This document shows positions 63,023-64,000 of a stretch of 64,000 nt of DNA, in pieces. The notes under the pieces are model-generated. The model had not been told where the DNA came from and ran no database searches. It was given only the letters and a program-made list of their open reading frames with translations. The DNA is taken from IMG/VR virus record IMGVR_UViG_3300017971_004694; one strand, 5' to 3'. Numbering within the stretch: the first letter of the stretch is position 1; each line of letters begins with the position of its first letter. Origin of the DNA: a virus. Made by a program: the position numbers and the translations under genes.

Positions 63023-64000
63023 TTATCCCAGCGGATTCTCGGGAATCTCGCAGTTGTCGCCCGCTTCTTCTACGGGTTCTTCCTCAGTCTCGATCTGAGC
63101 CTGATTCAAAATTAGATCAAAAACTTTCCTATGCTTAATGGCGGCTATGACACCATCCATCAAACCTTCTTTTTGAATGTGGTCTTGGAGAGCCAACCTG
63201 CCCATATTCAGCCTCTCAGCTTCAGATTTTATAACCAAATCAAGCTCTTCTTGGGTGACCTTCATATTTTCAGCTTTGTAAATGGCTTCTAGAATAAACG
63301 ACCTTCTAATGTTCCTCTCAGCCATATCCCTGATGCGCTTTTTGGTTTCCTCATCAGGCTGGGATGCTTGAAGCTGGCCATATGTATGTTTCTCTTCATC
63401 TTCAACCCACTGCTCGGGAACTTCAAATTCGTGTGTTTCTACAAGCTTGTCTACAACCTGCTCTTCAAGAACTTGCCTTACTTGGTTCTCAGCTCTCTGC
63501 TTCGCATCCTTCTTGAACAATTCCATAAGCTCTTCATGGGAGGGGGCTTGCATCTTTTCAACAAGTTCCTCCTCATTGGGCTCTCTTCTTTCTGTGGCGA
63601 CAATAAGCTCAATTCTCACATCAGCTTCCTTGCCAGCATGCTCATGACCTTCAGGCATGGTGATTTTCTCAGTCTTCATCTTGCCAACCTTCATGCCAAC
63701 CAGATTCTCGCCAAACGGAGGTTCCTGCCCCTCGGCTATCAAGAAGTTGTTGCCCTCGCCTTTGGTAATCTCCTTTCCATCAATATGGACCCAGAAATTC
63801 ACTGTAGCCACAGAATTGAGCACAACCTCCTCAATCTTGGTCTCAACCATGTGTTGCGACCTTGCCTCTTCTATAATGTGTTCGAGGATGTGTTCTTCAT
63901 CCATTTTGGGTTGTGTAAGTTGCATGCCCACATAGCCACTTGGGACAATCTCGGGCTTGATTTCTGCATATATTTCACAGCAAAAAGTCCCGTCCATTTC
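63023..64000 (-). CDS. tig: Trigger factor (FKBP-type PPIase chaperone), 5'-truncated by the window
   Basis: EIKPEI, VNFWVHIDGKEITKG...FGENLVGMKVG...AGKEADVRIEL (FKBP-like), VVDKLVETHEFEVPEQWVEDE, AERNIRRSFILEAI, VTQEEL. Frame is open to base 64000. Confidence 0.85.
   Translation of the reverse strand, partial: EMDGTFCCEIYAEIKPEIVPSGYVGMQLTQPKMDEEHILEHIIEEARSQHMVETKIEEVVLNSVATVNFWVHIDGKEITKGEGNNFLIAEGQEPPFGENLVGMKVGKMKTEKITMPEGHEHAGKEADVRIELIVATERREPNEEELVEKMQAPSHEELMELFKKDAKQRAENQVRQVLEEQVVDKLVETHEFEVPEQWVEDEEKHTYGQLQASQPDEETKKRIRDMAERNIRRSFILEAIYKAENMKVTQEELDLVIKSEAERLNMGRLALQDHIQKEGLMDGVIAAIKHRKVFDLILNQAQIETEEEPVEEAGDNCEIPENPLG

Noticed and set aside
1-64000. Stop-codon reassignment
   Set aside because: Very long ORFs and dense tiling in code 11; TAA, TAG and TGA all end genes at coupled junctions.
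1-64000. Eukaryotic or archaeal virus origin (HMG-like, zinc knuckle, split LigD)
   Set aside because: DnaE, DnaG, RecA, trigger factor, SD sites and a sigma70-type promoter indicate a bacterial host.
1-64000. tRNA/rRNA genes
   Set aside because: Few gaps exceed 70 bp and none showed a cloverleaf or T-loop signature by eye; a tRNAscan run would be definitive.

Overview
This 64 kb window comes from a large tailed bacteriophage (jumbo/huge-phage-like); the host cannot be identified from sequence. Every supportable gene is on the minus strand in standard code 11, with GGAG(G) Shine-Dalgarno sites, and the plus-strand ORFs look like shadows. In transcription order (right to left) there is first a replication/recombination/chaperone module (about 64000-50762): trigger factor, DNA polymerase III alpha, UvsY-like protein, gp32-like SSB, RuvC-like resolvase, DnaJ, RecA, a DnaG core and a sigma-region-4 HTH protein. 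After a terminator comes a roughly 50 kb head-morphogenesis module: terminase large subunit, portal, prohead protease/scaffold, a probable decoration protein and major capsid protein, followed by a beta-helix protein that runs off the left edge. The most striking pattern is that head-module proteins appear to share one grammar: (i) hydrophobic-x-K-x-A motifs at domain boundaries, (ii) A-D-D linkers just before them, and (iii) a recurrent LxxLAxxLDxxGxxxxAxxID helical hairpin, about 15 copies in 12 proteins. I infer a protease-processed, capsid-loaded polyprotein cargo system. Putative cargo includes a 3135-aa multi-enzyme protein (two nucleotidyltransferases plus lysozyme-like, ASCH, LigD primase-polymerase, DJ-1/PfpI, LigD phosphoesterase, ParB-like and ART-like domains) next to an ATP-dependent ligase, so all three LigD modules are present. 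Two single-base frame breaks (protease/scaffold; an A11 run hiding an HMG-box-like domain) and a perfect 13-nt complementarity between the ssb leader and its 3' hairpin loop also stand out. All family assignments come from motif reading, not database searches.
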